Shown here: positions 14,746 through 28,337 of the stretch, one piece after another
Numbering within the stretch: position 1 is the first letter of the stretch
Layout: each line of letters opens with the position of its first letter
From: Gordius albopunctatus
Taxonomy: Eukaryota
Length of the DNA stretch: 64,000 nt
Direction of reading: 5' to 3'
NCBI GenBank assembly: GCA_964276515.1
Contig: OZ193909.1
Coordinates: 14,694,001-14,758,000, forward strand
Program-made: the position numbers and the translations under genes
Notes under the pieces: generated by a model
The model's database searches: none
Told to the model about the DNA's origin: nothing
The model's input: only the letters and a program-made list of their open reading frames with translations

Positions 14746-14840
14746 GAAAAGCAAAAAATGGGCGAAAAGTAAATTAATAAAAGCAAAATATGGGCGAAAA
14801 GTAAATTGAAAAAGCAAAAAATGGGCGAAAAGTAAATTAA
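14746..14840. repeat. Three tandem ~31-bp units (AAAAGCAAAAAATGGGCGAAAAGTAAATT); duplicate at ~32066-32160
   Basis: Direct tandem repeat read from the sequence. Confidence 0.75.
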
Positions 14841-15939
14841 GCGCGAGCTTTTCGCATAATTTTGTTTGGTTGACCCTCGGCTCGGTTCAACATAAACTAA
14901 GGGCCGCACTGGTCTGCTTTTCAATTTTGGACTAAGCCTAAAGAGGTCGGTCAAAAAAAGAGTCCAAAAAACGGTTGGACTTTATATGTATCGTGGAACA
15001 AGCATAATTCAGTACGGAGCAATAAAAATGGAACAACAACAAAAATAGTGGAGAATACTTTTCTACCGTAATTCCGTGAAGGAATCCTTCCCGTTTTATC
15101 CAATATAATGAAGCCAGGAAATCTTTGTAAAACGTGAAGGGGGGGGGGCTAAATCGTATAATTAATTGCCCGCCCGAGTAGGCAGAGCGCCGCTATATTG
15201 CTGCTTGCTCACTCTATCCAATTTTTCCAATTTATAGATTGGTTGTTTGTTGTACGCGATGCGAGGGTTTAATCAGGCATATGGTGGTGCGCGGCGCGGT
15301 GGTGAGAATGCAATATCAAGCAAGAGTACGTATTATTAAATTTTCTAAATAACCAACGATCTAATCGGCGCCCTGGCACGCTTTGATTAAATAGTACTTA
15401 AAAATAAGCATCAACTTACTTTTTCCCCCTTTCCTCTAGAGGTAGGGTAAAAATTGGTGAATTGGCCAATCGGTAAAACAATATATGATAGAGCTGAGAT
15501 CTATTTATGTGCACTCAATGTGGTGAGATTCCAAAATGTGTTTCCTAATTTATAGAATAAATAAGTGGACAGTTGCCAAAAAATTGGTTGCTGCGGAAAG
15601 ATGGGAGTTGGATCGGATAATTCGTTGGCGACCATTTTCCCATTTTAATCATTTTTTAATTAATTAAGTTGCGTCGCCAAAGTGGCTTTAGATAGCTAAC
15701 GCGTGCGGAAGGGGTCTGGGCAACCAGGCTATATACCGACCGACTATTAACTTAATATTAAAATCGCACCCATTTCTGACGGGTAGAGTTGTGAGGTGGT
15801 TATAATTTTTGTGCGACACAATGATATAATAAAATCACAACGACCCCATGTTCCCTCCCTCCTAGTTTTTGAAAGGTTTTGGGTCAACAACTCACGGCTT
15901 TTACAAACGGCTGCATTTTGGTTTTAGTTGACAAAACAT

Positions 15940-16200
15940 AAAGAGTACAAAGTTTCCAAGTCCGTTTTCCTGAGTCGCACATAAATAGGCACGCACATTC
16001 CAATAGCTGTTTGTTGTCACACTAAGGTGGCCAGCTTCTTTAGGTATTTGGATGAGGGGTCATGCTCGGCTATCCAGCCCTGACAGCCCTGGCGACCATG
16101 TGATTTTTTATCTTTTGAAATAAGTGGCAGAGGCGGGGGGGGATCGAACCTGCTAGCTCTTGCTTCAAAGACTAAAGCCTTTACCCACTACGCCCCTCAA
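15940..16200 (-). mobile_element. tRNA-derived SINE (tRNA-Gln-like head); duplicate at ~33260-33525
   Basis: Minus strand GGCGTAGTGGGT (A box) ... CTTTGAA loop ... GGTTCGATCC (B box) ... CCTCTGCCA, followed by a ~180-nt GC-richer body. The acceptor and anticodon stems are degenerate, so this is not a functional tRNA. The 3' boundary is approximate. Confidence 0.55.
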
Positions 16201-16427
16201 ATAGACACGCACACATCTCGGTAAAATCTTTAGTCTCTTCAGTTTTAGGCGCTTAAATAAAACCCAGCCTTTTTCACAACACGACTAGTCCACCCTTGTT
16301 ACTCCACAAAGTTAAGGCATAAAAAGGGCCCATCTGCCAAGCCTACGCTCTAAATCACGGATCAAATGTTTGGTTGTTATTTAGATGGATAAATGGATAT
16401 ATAGGCATTCGAATGCACGCCCTAGAC

Positions 16428-18798
16428 TAGTGATGGGGAAATAGCGTTTTTAAGGAGCTAAAGCTATAGCACATAGTCACTTTAAGTGCTATAAGCTATA
16501 GGAGATGGGAGGTTTGAGGTGCTATAAGCTATAGGAGATGGGAGGTTTGAGGTGCTATAAGCTATAGGAGATGGGAGTTTGAGGTGCTATGTGCTATAGG
16601 AGATGGGAGGTATGAGGTGCTATGTGCTATAGGAGATGGGAGGTTTGAGGTGCTATGTGCTATAGGAGATGGGAGTTTGAGGTGCTATGTGCTATAGGAG
16701 ATGGGAGGTTTGAGGTGCTATGTGCTATAGGAGATGGGAGTTTGAGGTGCTATGTGCTATAGGAGATGGGAGTTTGAGGTGCTATGTGCTATAGGAGATG
16801 GGAGGTATGAGGTGCTATGTGCTATAGCCGATTGCACTTAAATGCGCTACTCCTATAGCACCGGCGCTAACACTGGGAATAATTTCAATGAAAACAATAG
16901 AGTTAATATGAACTTGTGTGTAATCTAATAAACAATTTTCCATTAAAAATATATTGTTCGAAAAAACAAAATTAAAAAAGGGTGTTATTTAACTGCTAGG
17001 TAAATAATTACAAATTGCTAAGTAATTTATGCTAAGTATTTTAAATTATAAATTTTAAACAAAATGTTTAATATTTAAAAAAATACTTTTTTTCAATCGG
17101 GGAGGGGGGGGGTTAATTCAAAACCTAGTTATGCCCTACCCTACCCCATGTTTTTGAGAATAAAAAAATTAAACTCCCCCTTCCCTTAAGTTAATCCATA
17201 TCCCATCAGGGCGATTATGTTTCAATCAAAAGGAAAACCTAAGAGTAAGAAGAGTGAACTTTAATGCGTACTCAGAGTCTGAGTACGCATACTCACTCAT
17301 GGCATGTTATTTTTATTCAGTCAGTGATAAAAAGAAAATTAATTTTTCCCTCTCATCTTTAATATCTTTATCCTTTTCTTCAACTCAACATAAAAATATT
17401 AATTTTATGAAAAATAATTATTTACCTGGCTACGACTAGCCCCGGTCACCTCAACATAAAACTTATGTTAAGAATATTTAAAAAAGGTTATGGTTGGTCA
17501 CTAATTAATAACCAATATAAATCCGACTTAAATAACAAATTTAATCTTTAAGTGTAATATTTCCAATGTGTTTTATATCAGCCGGTTAAAGTACTTATTT
17601 TATGTTACATTTGGGAAATATAATAAAAGATTTCCCAAGTGAGATATCTTTATCAACGTCTATATCAAAACACACTCGTTAAAAATCACAAACTACGATA
17701 ACTTTATTTTCGACCATTTCGCATTATATATATATTAGTTATATTGATAAATATAATAAAACAGGCAAATATTTTGTTAATTATTGACGTAGATTCCTTT
17801 CCAGCTATTCATGCATAGCATTTGGTTTAAGGAAGTTGGAGATAACCGTGACCTTTTCTTGGTAATTATGACTCAGCTCAGACTTAGACTGTCTGAGTCT
17901 GAGTACGCAAACGCATAAAAGTTCACTCAATAGTATTGTTTTCCTTTTAATTGAAACATATTAACTTAAGGAAAGGGGGAGTTTAATTTTTTTATTCTCA
18001 AAAACATGGGCATAGGGCATAACTAGGTTTTGAATTAAGGGGGGGGCAAACGGTTAAAATAAAAGTTGAATTAGGGAGGGGCTAAATAAAAAAAAATTAT
18101 TAATTTGTAAGGGTTTTTTTACATTGGAAAAATTTTTTTTCCGTCATTCAGAGGGGGGCGGGGCGACTTATTGATAAAATAAATGTAGAAGCAATGCAAA
18201 ATAAAATTAAAGTCATATATTTAATTAAATATTTATATTAAAATAAGTCGTAGTTAGATGGTAAGATAGGGCAAAAAAATTATATTCAGATGTATTTTAA
18301 TATTTAATAAAAACAAAATAAACAATTAAAAAAATTATTCCCAGTGTTAGCGCCGGTGCTATAGGAGTAGCGCATTTAAGTGCAATCGGCTATAGCACAT
18401 AGCACCTCAAACTCCCATCTCCTATAGCACATAGCACCTCAAACTCCCATCTCCTATAGCACATAGCACCTCAAACTCCCATCTCCTATAGCACATAGCA
18501 CCTCAAACCTCCCATCTCCTATAGCACATAGCACCTCAAACTCCCATCTCCTATAGCACATAGCACCTCAAACCTCCCATCTCCTATAGCACATAGCACC
18601 TCATACCTCCCATCTCCTATAGCTCATAGCACCTCAAACCTCCCATCTCCTATAGCTCTAGCACCTCAAACCTCCCATCTCCTATAGCTTATAGCACTTA
18701 AAGTGACTATGTGCTAGTAGACATAGCGTATTTAATAGGCTATTCCCATCAGCGGGGAGGTGCTAAGCGCGCTAGTGCTAAGCGTTTTCCCACCACTA
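16428..18798. mobile_element. Non-autonomous hAT element with inverted minisatellite arms (copy 1)
   Basis: Ends TAGTGATGGGGAAA / TTTTCCCACCACTA; perfect 8-bp TSD ccctagac (16420-16427, 18799-18806); empty site with a single ccctagac in the duplicate region (~33745-33752). 32-33 bp tandem units run in opposite orientation in the two arms. Confidence 0.9.
17113..18038. repeat. Nested inverted-repeat segment inside the minisatellite-armed element
   Basis: TTAATTCAAAACCTAGTTATGCCCTA...AAACTCCCCCTT and its reverse complement at ~17960-18038; inner IR around GTGAACTTT..TGCGTACTCAGA. Confidence 0.65.
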
Positions 18799-21700
18799 CC
18801 CTAGACTGACACGAACACTACTAACTAATAACTTCGTGGATTAATCAAAACAAAAATTCTTTTGGCTTCGAGTCCTCCTGGCCTGGCTGTGGCTGATAAT
18901 AATAATTTCTCGGAAATTCGTGTTCAGATAATTCTGACTCTTCGGGATGCCAGATGAATTTTTTATGCGTGGCACGGTGCCATGTGAAGAGATAAACATG
19001 GTCGTCGTCGTCGTTACTTAAATTAAGTTATCCTACCCTGATAAGTAGCCAAATTTTGGGGAAGATTAAGGAAAATGAAATCAAGATACCAAAAATTTGA
19101 GAACGCGAAAATTGAATAGTAAGATAATTTCATTTCGGTGTTGTTTTAGATAAAGGTTGAATTTAAATTGATAAAAATAATAGTATTTTAATAAACGTAT
19201 CAAGCAATTTCTAACAAAAGTAGCTATGTGTATGCATTTAATACTACTAGGCATAATTTAAGGAACAACGGAGGCATATCAAATTTAGTAGATATAATAT
19301 CTGAAAATTAATTAATTTTAAGGTCGAATCGCGCTGTCAAGCAACAAACAAATATTATGACGCTGGCTGGGGGTGTGTCCTTAGGTTATTATTGTCGTTT
19401 CCCCTAGCTGCTAGCACATGCGTGCCTGCCTTTCCTCGGCGCAACCTAGATTTGGTCTGCCAAAAAAGTTTTTGCGCTCACGACAGAATTGCTAAACAGT
19501 AAAGAGCATCATATATAATTGAAATTATGATATTTTTCAAAAAATTAAAAAGATGCTTATCAATGGGTTAGGGTTAGGATTGAAACTAGAGGGGGTGGGG
19601 GGTGTAAAAGGATAATGTTCCTTAATTTTCGCCATATTTATATTAAACTTTGAAGAATTTTGGGATTTAGAGGGGGGGGGGCAGCCGCCCTTCCCTGCCA
19701 CCCCCTGGCTACGCACATGAGCTTATCCTATCTAATTTTATCATTCATATACTTCAAAGTCACTTTAAATTTTTTGTGGCGCTCAGAAATGGACCATATA
19801 AACTATATAAATTCTAAATGTTTGCAAAGCTGGAAAAACACCAAGAACACTTTAATTAAGTTTTATCGATAAAAAATAGGTGATATAGTTGCAATTTTAA
19901 AGACCAGAAGGGAAATTTAAGATTATCATTATGCTGGGAAACAAAATTAGGGTACATGAAAAAGTGCAAAAGTTTTGGAGAGAGACCGTATGGTAATAAT
20001 ATTTAGCGTGCATTTGTGACAGTGTAAAACCTGAGCGACCGCCTCGAGCAATTTTGGTAGACGATCGCGCATCATTTTGTGGGCCGGAAAAAACACGTTA
20101 AATTACATTGTATACCAACTAAGTACGCCATGCATCGTATTTAGGGAATTAAATTATGCAAAAAACTCGTCTGCGATATTAATGAGCACGCTAAAATTGC
20201 TAGAAATTTATATTAAAAAAAAACCTATCATTTTGGAATGGGATTGTCATTGCATACAAAATTGCGTTATTGGCAAATATATGGGATAATATGGAGTAGA
20301 AATTAGTTTTTGTATACAAATCAATATATTATTGGACATGTATAAACGTTATTTGGTATTAAACCTTATAGTTATACGCCTAGGGCTAAAATACAAGTTA
20401 AAAATGAACCTTAGCTTACAACTTATAAATCAACATGTTGTCAAAATTTTGACAATGAATGCTAGAAAGCGACCTTTTATCATTTATTACACAACTCACC
20501 AAGGGGTGTCCCCCTATTTTTTACACTCTTTCTCACCACCCCTGGTAAAACGAGGGTTAAAAATAGAGGGGGGGCAAACCAACGGGACAAATAACGGGAG
20601 GGGGGCAAAGTTCTTTATAATATATTTTACTTTTTTTATCACAATTTTTGGATTAATATATGATTGAAAAATATTGATTAGCATTATATGCCAATTGCCT
20701 GCTCAGCTATTACGCTATAATAAAATCTGCTGAAAATCATGTTTAGTTTCAAACAAGCATGCTAGATACCACGGTTTATATCAAGCAACTCTGCTCAATG
20801 CCCAGCTAGTTTATATCTTACTCAACCGGCAGCCATCAGCAGCTTTAATTTGCTAGTGCTAGTAACCGGGTTATTAAGCAGCATCTGCTCGTTATGCTGG
20901 ATGGGAATGGTAGGAGATAAGTGCCTATTACCAGGGTTGTGCATGTAGCATATAAGCATTTTAACATCTCTAAAGGGGGGTTAAAATGTGCTGATTAAAA
21001 TTGATTTTATCCATTAAATATTTTATATAACAAAATATGCAAAAAATTTCAATTGATTTAAATTATTTTGTGCTATAGATTTATAACAAATTAACCTATC
21101 TTTAATAAATTTACAAAATATCTGTCAAAAGTAAACATTAATATATAGATAACTCATATTTTACATTTAAACAAGTTTTTTAACATAATAAAAATATTTA
21201 AAAAACAATATTATTTAAATATTTTATATCATATAGATTGGTTTTATTCAGAGTTTAATTTATATATTAATTTAATAATTGATTTTGATAATCTTGCAAA
21301 TAACAAAATTTGTGCATGAACTTACTTTGATATTTTGATAAACAGATGATTGTACTATTGTTTGCTAAATCCACTAGGTAAGTTTTGCATCTTTTAAATG
21401 CTACAATACAATATTCCTTTTTTTATAGGCTGATATAAATCAAATTATACATTATTAAGCGTAGAACATATATTGATGTTATAAAATAATCTTATAAAAT
21501 CGAAATTAACTGATATAATTAATTAAATATAATTAATTTTATGAAACCATAGCTAGAATTACATGCAAAATAATGCGTCTTTTTGATTAAGCCATAAAAA
21601 CTGTGTGTGATAATGTTTTTTATTGGACCTCAATAATGCAACAAACATTTTGTTTTAAGTTTTATAAGCTATCTATTAAACAATATATCCAAGTTTATTT

Positions 21701-24700
21701 TGAATGCCATATATCCGAAAACTTTATTAGCATCTTAAACATCTAAAAAGCATTACACCTTCCAGTAGGAAAGACAATTGAGCATTGTATAATGGTTCCA
21801 TCAAACTCATAATAAGGAAAACCTACCATTAATCTAATGAATCAAGCTTACATATCAGACGTAAAAGATACACTGTTTAAATCTAATTTATGGCATTAAT
21901 ATTAGTGTATTTGATGAATAGCGGCTAACAAAACAACAAAGAATATTCTTAAGTTAATATGTCGATTGAATTATTTAAATCTTAGGCAATTAAGTTTGAT
22001 CAATGGAAATAAAATGAGCGTTGAACGGGAATAAGGTAATTAGCTCCTATTAAAGATAGGTATCAAAGCCTTTTACTGGCGACTCTTTAGCAACAAATTT
22101 GCGGCTTTTTATAGGTCGATACTGTAGCATTTAGGTGACTTTAATATTAACTTAGACCAAAACATTGAATTACATCTCTTTTCTCGAGTAGTCTAACAAA
22201 AAATAGCGTTGTTCCATGGAATAGCGAAAAAGTTCCAGAAGAATCCATAAGTAATGAAGAGTTTCTATATAAGCCAATCATGAACTCACTACTTAACACT
22301 ATTACCCTACTCTTCATACACTACTGGTGTTTTATATAATCATATCGTGTTTCGAGTTACAGTCCTCGTTTTTAATCGCAACTGTAACATTTATCCCTTT
22401 TATCCTTTTGATTTTTAATACACTCAATAAATTTTGAGAGGAGATCCTCTAAAATACCATGCTCATACTGTTTAGGTATAAATTTCCAATATATAATTTG
22501 TTTAAAAATTAATATTCATCCTTTTTTTATTTTGTAAATTAAATTTTAAGAAATACAATATATCATTAGGAACTGACTAAACAGCTTATTTAGAGCACAC
22601 TGACTCATCTGGTTTTAGCTTATTAAATATTACAAGGCAAAACACTGTGAAAGGTAATTATTTATCTAAAACTATAAATAAATAAAAACTAATATTATTA
22701 AAAATACCACATTTTATTTAAAATAATATTATTAGTCTTATACAAGATATTAAATTCAAATCACGATATATATGAGCTAATGTTCAGAGGCGCTGCCAGC
22801 CTTCCTCCGGGTTGGGGCCGAACTCAAGTTTACACCGATGGTGAGGGGTCAATGGCGATTATAAAAAAATTTTCCTTAGCAATTTTTCAAAAATTAATAA
22901 TCGGCTATTCCTTTGTGTAATTTTATTTTCAAAATCCACCTGGGAAAGAGGGGGGGGAGGGGGTAAGGGAGGACAAAGAGGGTAATAAGGGCCAATGGTG
23001 AAATTTGAAGCAGGGGGTCAGAAATATATACATTTTTGACCTAAAAGTTAGCCATCCACATCTACAAAATGGACAAATTTACAAAAAAAGTCACAAAAGA
23101 AAAGAACAAAATGGGTGATCTTTAGCCAAGGAACGGCTATCATTTATTTTCAGGCAAAAAAATTATTTTTGGGGAAAAGATTTATATTTGAAGCTATACC
23201 CTTTTAAGTTGAGATCAATATTATGTTCTCAAATTTTAGATATTCCAACTTTCGTTTACCTTCGACATATAAATGAGCATGCCAAATTAGAGAGATGCAA
23301 CGGACCTCTTAAGGTCAATCAGCCCACCCGTTATAAATATCTTAAGCCGAGTCCGGACCCATCAAACAAATTATAGACACGGCCCGCTAATTTTTTACAA
23401 AGCTCGAGCCCGGGACCGGATACATAAACTTTTATTTTGCATCTTTTACTATTCGATTGTATTTTTTTTACTAAATTCATCATGTAAAAAATAATATTCA
23501 TCTAAATATAAAATTTGCATATATAGATTTTAAAGGTATGATTGGAGGGGACAACGTCCATAAATAGTTTCTAATTAACACTTATCAATTTAAAATGCGC
23601 GTTGAGATATTGATGAATGAATGAATAACGAGAAAAATTTTCTTAAATTGATATGAAATATCATAAAACACATCTAGTTTGTACTTTAGTATACCCAAAA
23701 ATTATATATGATCACGGGCGCAGCTGGGGGGGGGGGGCAGCTCCATCTGCCCTCCTCTAAACCCCCTCCCCTCTAATTCCAACGCGGGCTACGCTCATTT
23801 TTATTATCTTGTAACGTGCTCAGCGGGACTTAATTTTATCTATGCACGGCCCAAGCCCGCTAAATTATTTTAAGGCCCGAACCCTAGCCGTTGTTTTTTA
23901 AAGCAAAGGCTTTCTCGTAATTTCACCTAGAGACCTGCACGGCCTTTAAATGAAATTACCCTTAATCAAATATTTTTTATTTATATTGCTAAAATGCAAC
24001 AACGGATCTATGTATAATTATAAAGATTATCTTAAGGCTACTACATAAATTTATGGGGCCTATAGTGAGTTTGTACAAATTTATAAAGACCAAAATGGAA
24101 CGGGTATAGACCGACAAGAGAAAATCGGTATAACTATCTATAAATAAAATTCATTAGGCATAGCGGAATGTTTTCCCAATATCTACGATTCTTAATTTTT
24201 TAATTTATTTATCTCACCTTCACAAAATATATGTTTTTTTTATAAAATTAATGAATGATTCCATTATCGTTCATTTTACCATGGGATAAGCGGATAATAT
24301 ACCATACATATTAGGTTTAAGTTTAAGGTTTTGTTTCTTGCTTTTAACAATTTATTAAGTCTGAATTTTCCGCCTTTTGCATTGCTTGTTAATAAATAAA
24401 AAGCGGAAATATAATATAAATAAGTCACTTAGCTCAATTAAAAATTTTCTTATTTAAAAAGTAATAAAAATAATTAATTTTAATTAAATTACGAATTAAA
24501 TAATTGCTTGGAGAGGCCAAAGAGGCCAGAAATTTTCCCTTTGGGGGGGGGGAAGATTATAATAAGAAAATACCACTAATAAGTACTCAATTTAAATGAT
24601 AATTTTATCATGCGATTTCATCATTTTATTCTTGCATGCTTCATTTGTAAGCATCAAAATTCAACTAAAAATTAATATTCCTCATGGTTTAGTAAATTTA

Positions 24701-25285
24701 TTTTTTAAGGTTTACCTTTTAATGATCATGACGTAGCTAACTTTATAAAAGCAAATACAACTGGCACCGCCAAAACCGGGCTGCAGGCGCTTTTTGTTAT
24801 AAATTGCGGGCCGCGCTTGGACGAACGCTATGGTAATAAAACAAGCACGGGACGGGCCTAGCTATTTGTAGAGGCAAAACTTTTTATTTTAATATATAAA
24901 AATGTTGTTTTTTATGATGGTAATCAAATTTTATTAATAAAACTTTACAGTATAATTAAATCTATATTAATATTTGTTCGTTAATTATTCAAATCTTATG
25001 ATTTTTAAATAATAGGATTCCGAGATTTTTTATAATTTAGTAAGGGGATCGCGAAAAATTAACTAAAATAGGTATAATTAATTATGTAAAATTAACCTTG
25101 CATAAAGTTTTAATTCTCATAAATGGTTTAATGCAGCTTCAAGCAGTGGCGTAGCACCAAGAGCAAAACCAGACTCCATGGCCCCTCCAAGGAAAAAATC
25201 TTGGGCCCCCGGGCCCCTTCCGCCCTTATTTTTTTTTAATCTTAATTAAGAAACAATATCAATATTATTATTATTGTTTCTGGAT

Positions 25286-27972
25286 TAACACTACCTACGA
25301 CGGTCCCAAGTCCGTGTGCAAAAAGTGGAGGGTTGGCGTCAGGTCGGAAACCGGCTATAAAAATCAACTCCAAAATTTATGATAGTTTCAAACGAGATTT
25401 TACAAGAAAAGGCTAGGGCGTCCTCCACAAACGACGCGCACTGCATACCCCGCCCGTGCAATGTGAAAAATACACTAGGGTTACTGCCTAACTCACAACG
25501 AAGGCGGTTAAGGAAACTAGTTGTGGAAAGAATGCGAATTACGTGCTGGAATGTGGGAACGTTGACGGGGAAGAGCATCGAGGTCGCACAGATGTTAAAA
25601 AAAAGAAAGGTACACATCGCCTGCCTACATGAGACGAGGTGGAACGGAACGAAAGCTCGGGAATTAGGAGAAGGATACAAGCTTTTCTACAGTGGGTCAC
25701 CAAATCGTAGAAACGGGGTCGGTATCGTTCTAAGCGAATCGTTCAAGGACAAGGTGGTGGAAGTCAAACGTTGTTCCGACAGGCTAATGTGGGTGAAGAT
25801 TGCGGATCAAGGGGGCCTCCTAACCGTTATGTGCGCGTATGCTCCCCAAATTGGGTGTTCGGAATCAGAGAAGGACTTATTCTTCGATTCATTGGAAAAG
25901 GAAATACGAGGAATCCGATAGGAGGAAAGGCTAATTATTAGGGCCGATTTCAACGTTCACGTAGGAAAAGATTGCCTCGGGTATGAACGCAATCATGGAG
26001 GCTATGGACATGGTCTGAAGAACAAAGAAGGGGAAAAACTTTTCCAAGTATACCAAGCATATGACATGGCGATCGTTAACACCTATTTTCAAAAGCGCGA
26101 AGATCATATTGTGACCTATAGAAGTGGGAAGCATTTTAGTCAAATTGACTATTTGCTTATACGGCGAAAGGACTTATGGAGTATCAAGGATTGCAAATTA
26201 ATACCGGGAGAATAAATCGCCAGGCAACATTGTCCCCTTGTTATGGATCTTGACAGAAGAGTATTTCCCAAAAGAAGAAAGGTCTATGAACCTCGAATTC
26301 GATACGAAAGGCTAAAGGATACGTCGACGAACAAAAAATACCATCAAAATGCCTGCTCACTCTTGGGTGCAAGGAAATTGCAAAGGGACGTAGACGACGA
26401 TTGGGAGACGCTATCTAAGGACATTAAGGAAACAGCGAATCGTGTTCTAGGACAGACAAAAGGAGGCAAAGCTATGAATAGGGACCTATGGTGGTGGGAT
26501 CAATCGGTTAAAGATTTCATCGAAAGAAAAAAAAATCTATATAGACGGTGGCATAAATCAAAAAAGTCGGAGGATTATCAAGAGTACAGGTACGCAAAGA
26601 GGGCCGCAAAAAAGGCCGTTGCAAAAGAGAAGAATGCCGCGTACACCGAGATGGCAAACAAACTGGATCATAAAGGGGGCAATAGGCTTATGTACTAATT
26701 GGCCAAGATAAGGGGTTAGAAAAGTCGCGATGTCGGAGTTCTTAAAATAGTCAAAAGCGAGAAGGGTCAAACCTTATTTAAGCCGAAAGAAGTGATGGAA
26801 AGGTGGAAAGGATATTTTAAGAAACTTATGAATATTGCAAATGACAAGAATTCCCTTCCCGAAATTGAGCCAAATATAAGTATGGTCAAACTCTTTCAGG
26901 AGGATGAAGTTAGGACACAAATGAACAAGTTGCAAAAAGGAAAAGCAAATGGCCCAGATGGAATACCTATGGAAGCATTGCTCGGATGTCGTGAAGAAGG
27001 AGTCACCACCATGACGAACCTCGTTAAAAAGATATTGGTAGAAGAGCGAATCCCTAATCAATGGAGAGCAAGCACGATTATACCCTTATTTAAAGGCAAA
27101 GGAGACCCTCAGGACTGCGGCAATCACAGAGGTATCAAGCTAACCTGCCACTCCTTGAAGCTTATGGAAAGGATCTTAGTAACAAGGCTGAAAACGAGGG
27201 GGAAAAATCGGCTAATCAATTCGGATTCGTGGCCGGCAAATCCACAATCGACCCAATCTTCGCACTAAGACAAATGATGAATAAGTATGGTGAAAAGAGG
27301 AAAGACCTACATATGGTTTTTATCGACTTGGAGAAAGCTTATGACACGGTCCCCCGCGATTTAATATGGTGGTGCCTGAGGAAACAAAATATCCCTCACG
27401 CATATATTCGACTTAAGAAATCTATTTATAAAGCCTTTAATTCTTGCGTTAGGACGACAGTTGGAGACTCTAACCCTTTCGGATTATAATTGGATTACAT
27501 CAAGGATCTGTTCTAATTCCTTTTTTTATTTAATATAATTATGGACACAATAACGAGAGACATTCAAAAATCATCGCCATGGTGTATGCTATATGCTACT
27601 GTGCAAAGAGACAAAAGAGAAAGTATTCGAAGAAACCAAAAAGTGGTCAAAGCGCTTAGCTGAATATGGTTTAAAGGTCAACGATCAAAAAACGGTATAC
27701 ATGGAGATGAACGTTACAGGCGCCCCATCGCTGGATGACCACCTAAAGTACCCAAAAGTAGACAGGTTTACTTACCTCGGCTCAATGCTACATCAAGAGG
27801 GAGGTTGCGCAACGGAAGTCAATGCCCGGATCCAAAAAGGATGGCTTTGTAATGTGCGACAAGAAAATGCCAATATGGTTGAAGAGCAAAGCTTACAAAT
27901 CCATCGTAAGACCGGTGTTACTCTATGGAAGTGAAACATGGGCATTAAACACCACGGAATTAAAGTTATTAC
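25286..27972 (+). mobile_element. RTE-clade LINE, degenerate (copy in haplotype A; 3' part lost in gap)
   Basis: APE endonuclease (TCWNVGTL, CLHETRW, NGVGI, AYAPQ, DFN) and RT (KGKGD..DCGNHRGIKL, FIDLEKAYD, LLYGSETW) in one ancestral ORF broken by stops and frameshifts. Confidence 0.92.
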
Positions 27973-28137
27973 TAGTGGTGGGAAAACGCTTAGCACTAGC
28001 GCGCTTAGCACCTCCCCGCTGATGGGAATAGCCTATTAAATACGCTATGTCTACTAGCACATAGTCACTTTAAGTGCTATAAGCTATAGGAGATGGGAGG
28101 TTTGAGGTGCTAGAGCTATAGGAGATGGGAGGTTTGA
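27973..28137. mobile_element. Start of minisatellite-armed hAT element inserted in the RTE (truncated by gap)
   Basis: gttattac|TAGTGGTGGGAAAACGC..., identical to 42930 onward. Confidence 0.85.
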
Positions 28138-28337
28138 NNNNNNNNNNNNNNNNNNNNNNNNNNNNNNNNNNNNNNNNNNNNNNNNNNNNNNNNNNNNNNN
28201 NNNNNNNNNNNNNNNNNNNNNNNNNNNNNNNNNNNNNNNNNNNNNNNNNNNNNNNNNNNNNNNNNNNNNNNNNNNNNNNNNNNNNNNNNNNNNNNNNNNN
28301 NNNNNNNNNNNNNNNNNNNNNNNNNNNNNNNNNNNNN
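28138..28337. other. Assembly gap (200 N)
   Basis: Run of n. Confidence 1.

Larger units (their letters stand above)
13875..28137 (+). repeat. Copy 1 of a near-identical large duplication (probable haplotype A)
   Basis: Colinear with 31230-43094 (both start ccgagaatatgaaccagggg); the ORF track repeats pairwise; ends at the N gap. Confidence 0.9.

Noticed and set aside
16125..16200. Functional tRNA-Gln gene
   Set aside because: Acceptor and anticodon stems do not pair properly; better explained as a SINE head.
21000..22700. Possible decayed transposase in AT-rich DNA (also 35950-37700 and 59160-60130)
   Set aside because: No sustained frame or recognisable motif that I can support.
19660..23376. 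Short ORFs that appear twice in the track
   Set aside because: Duplicated only because of the large duplication; low-complexity, with indels between copies and no domain signal.
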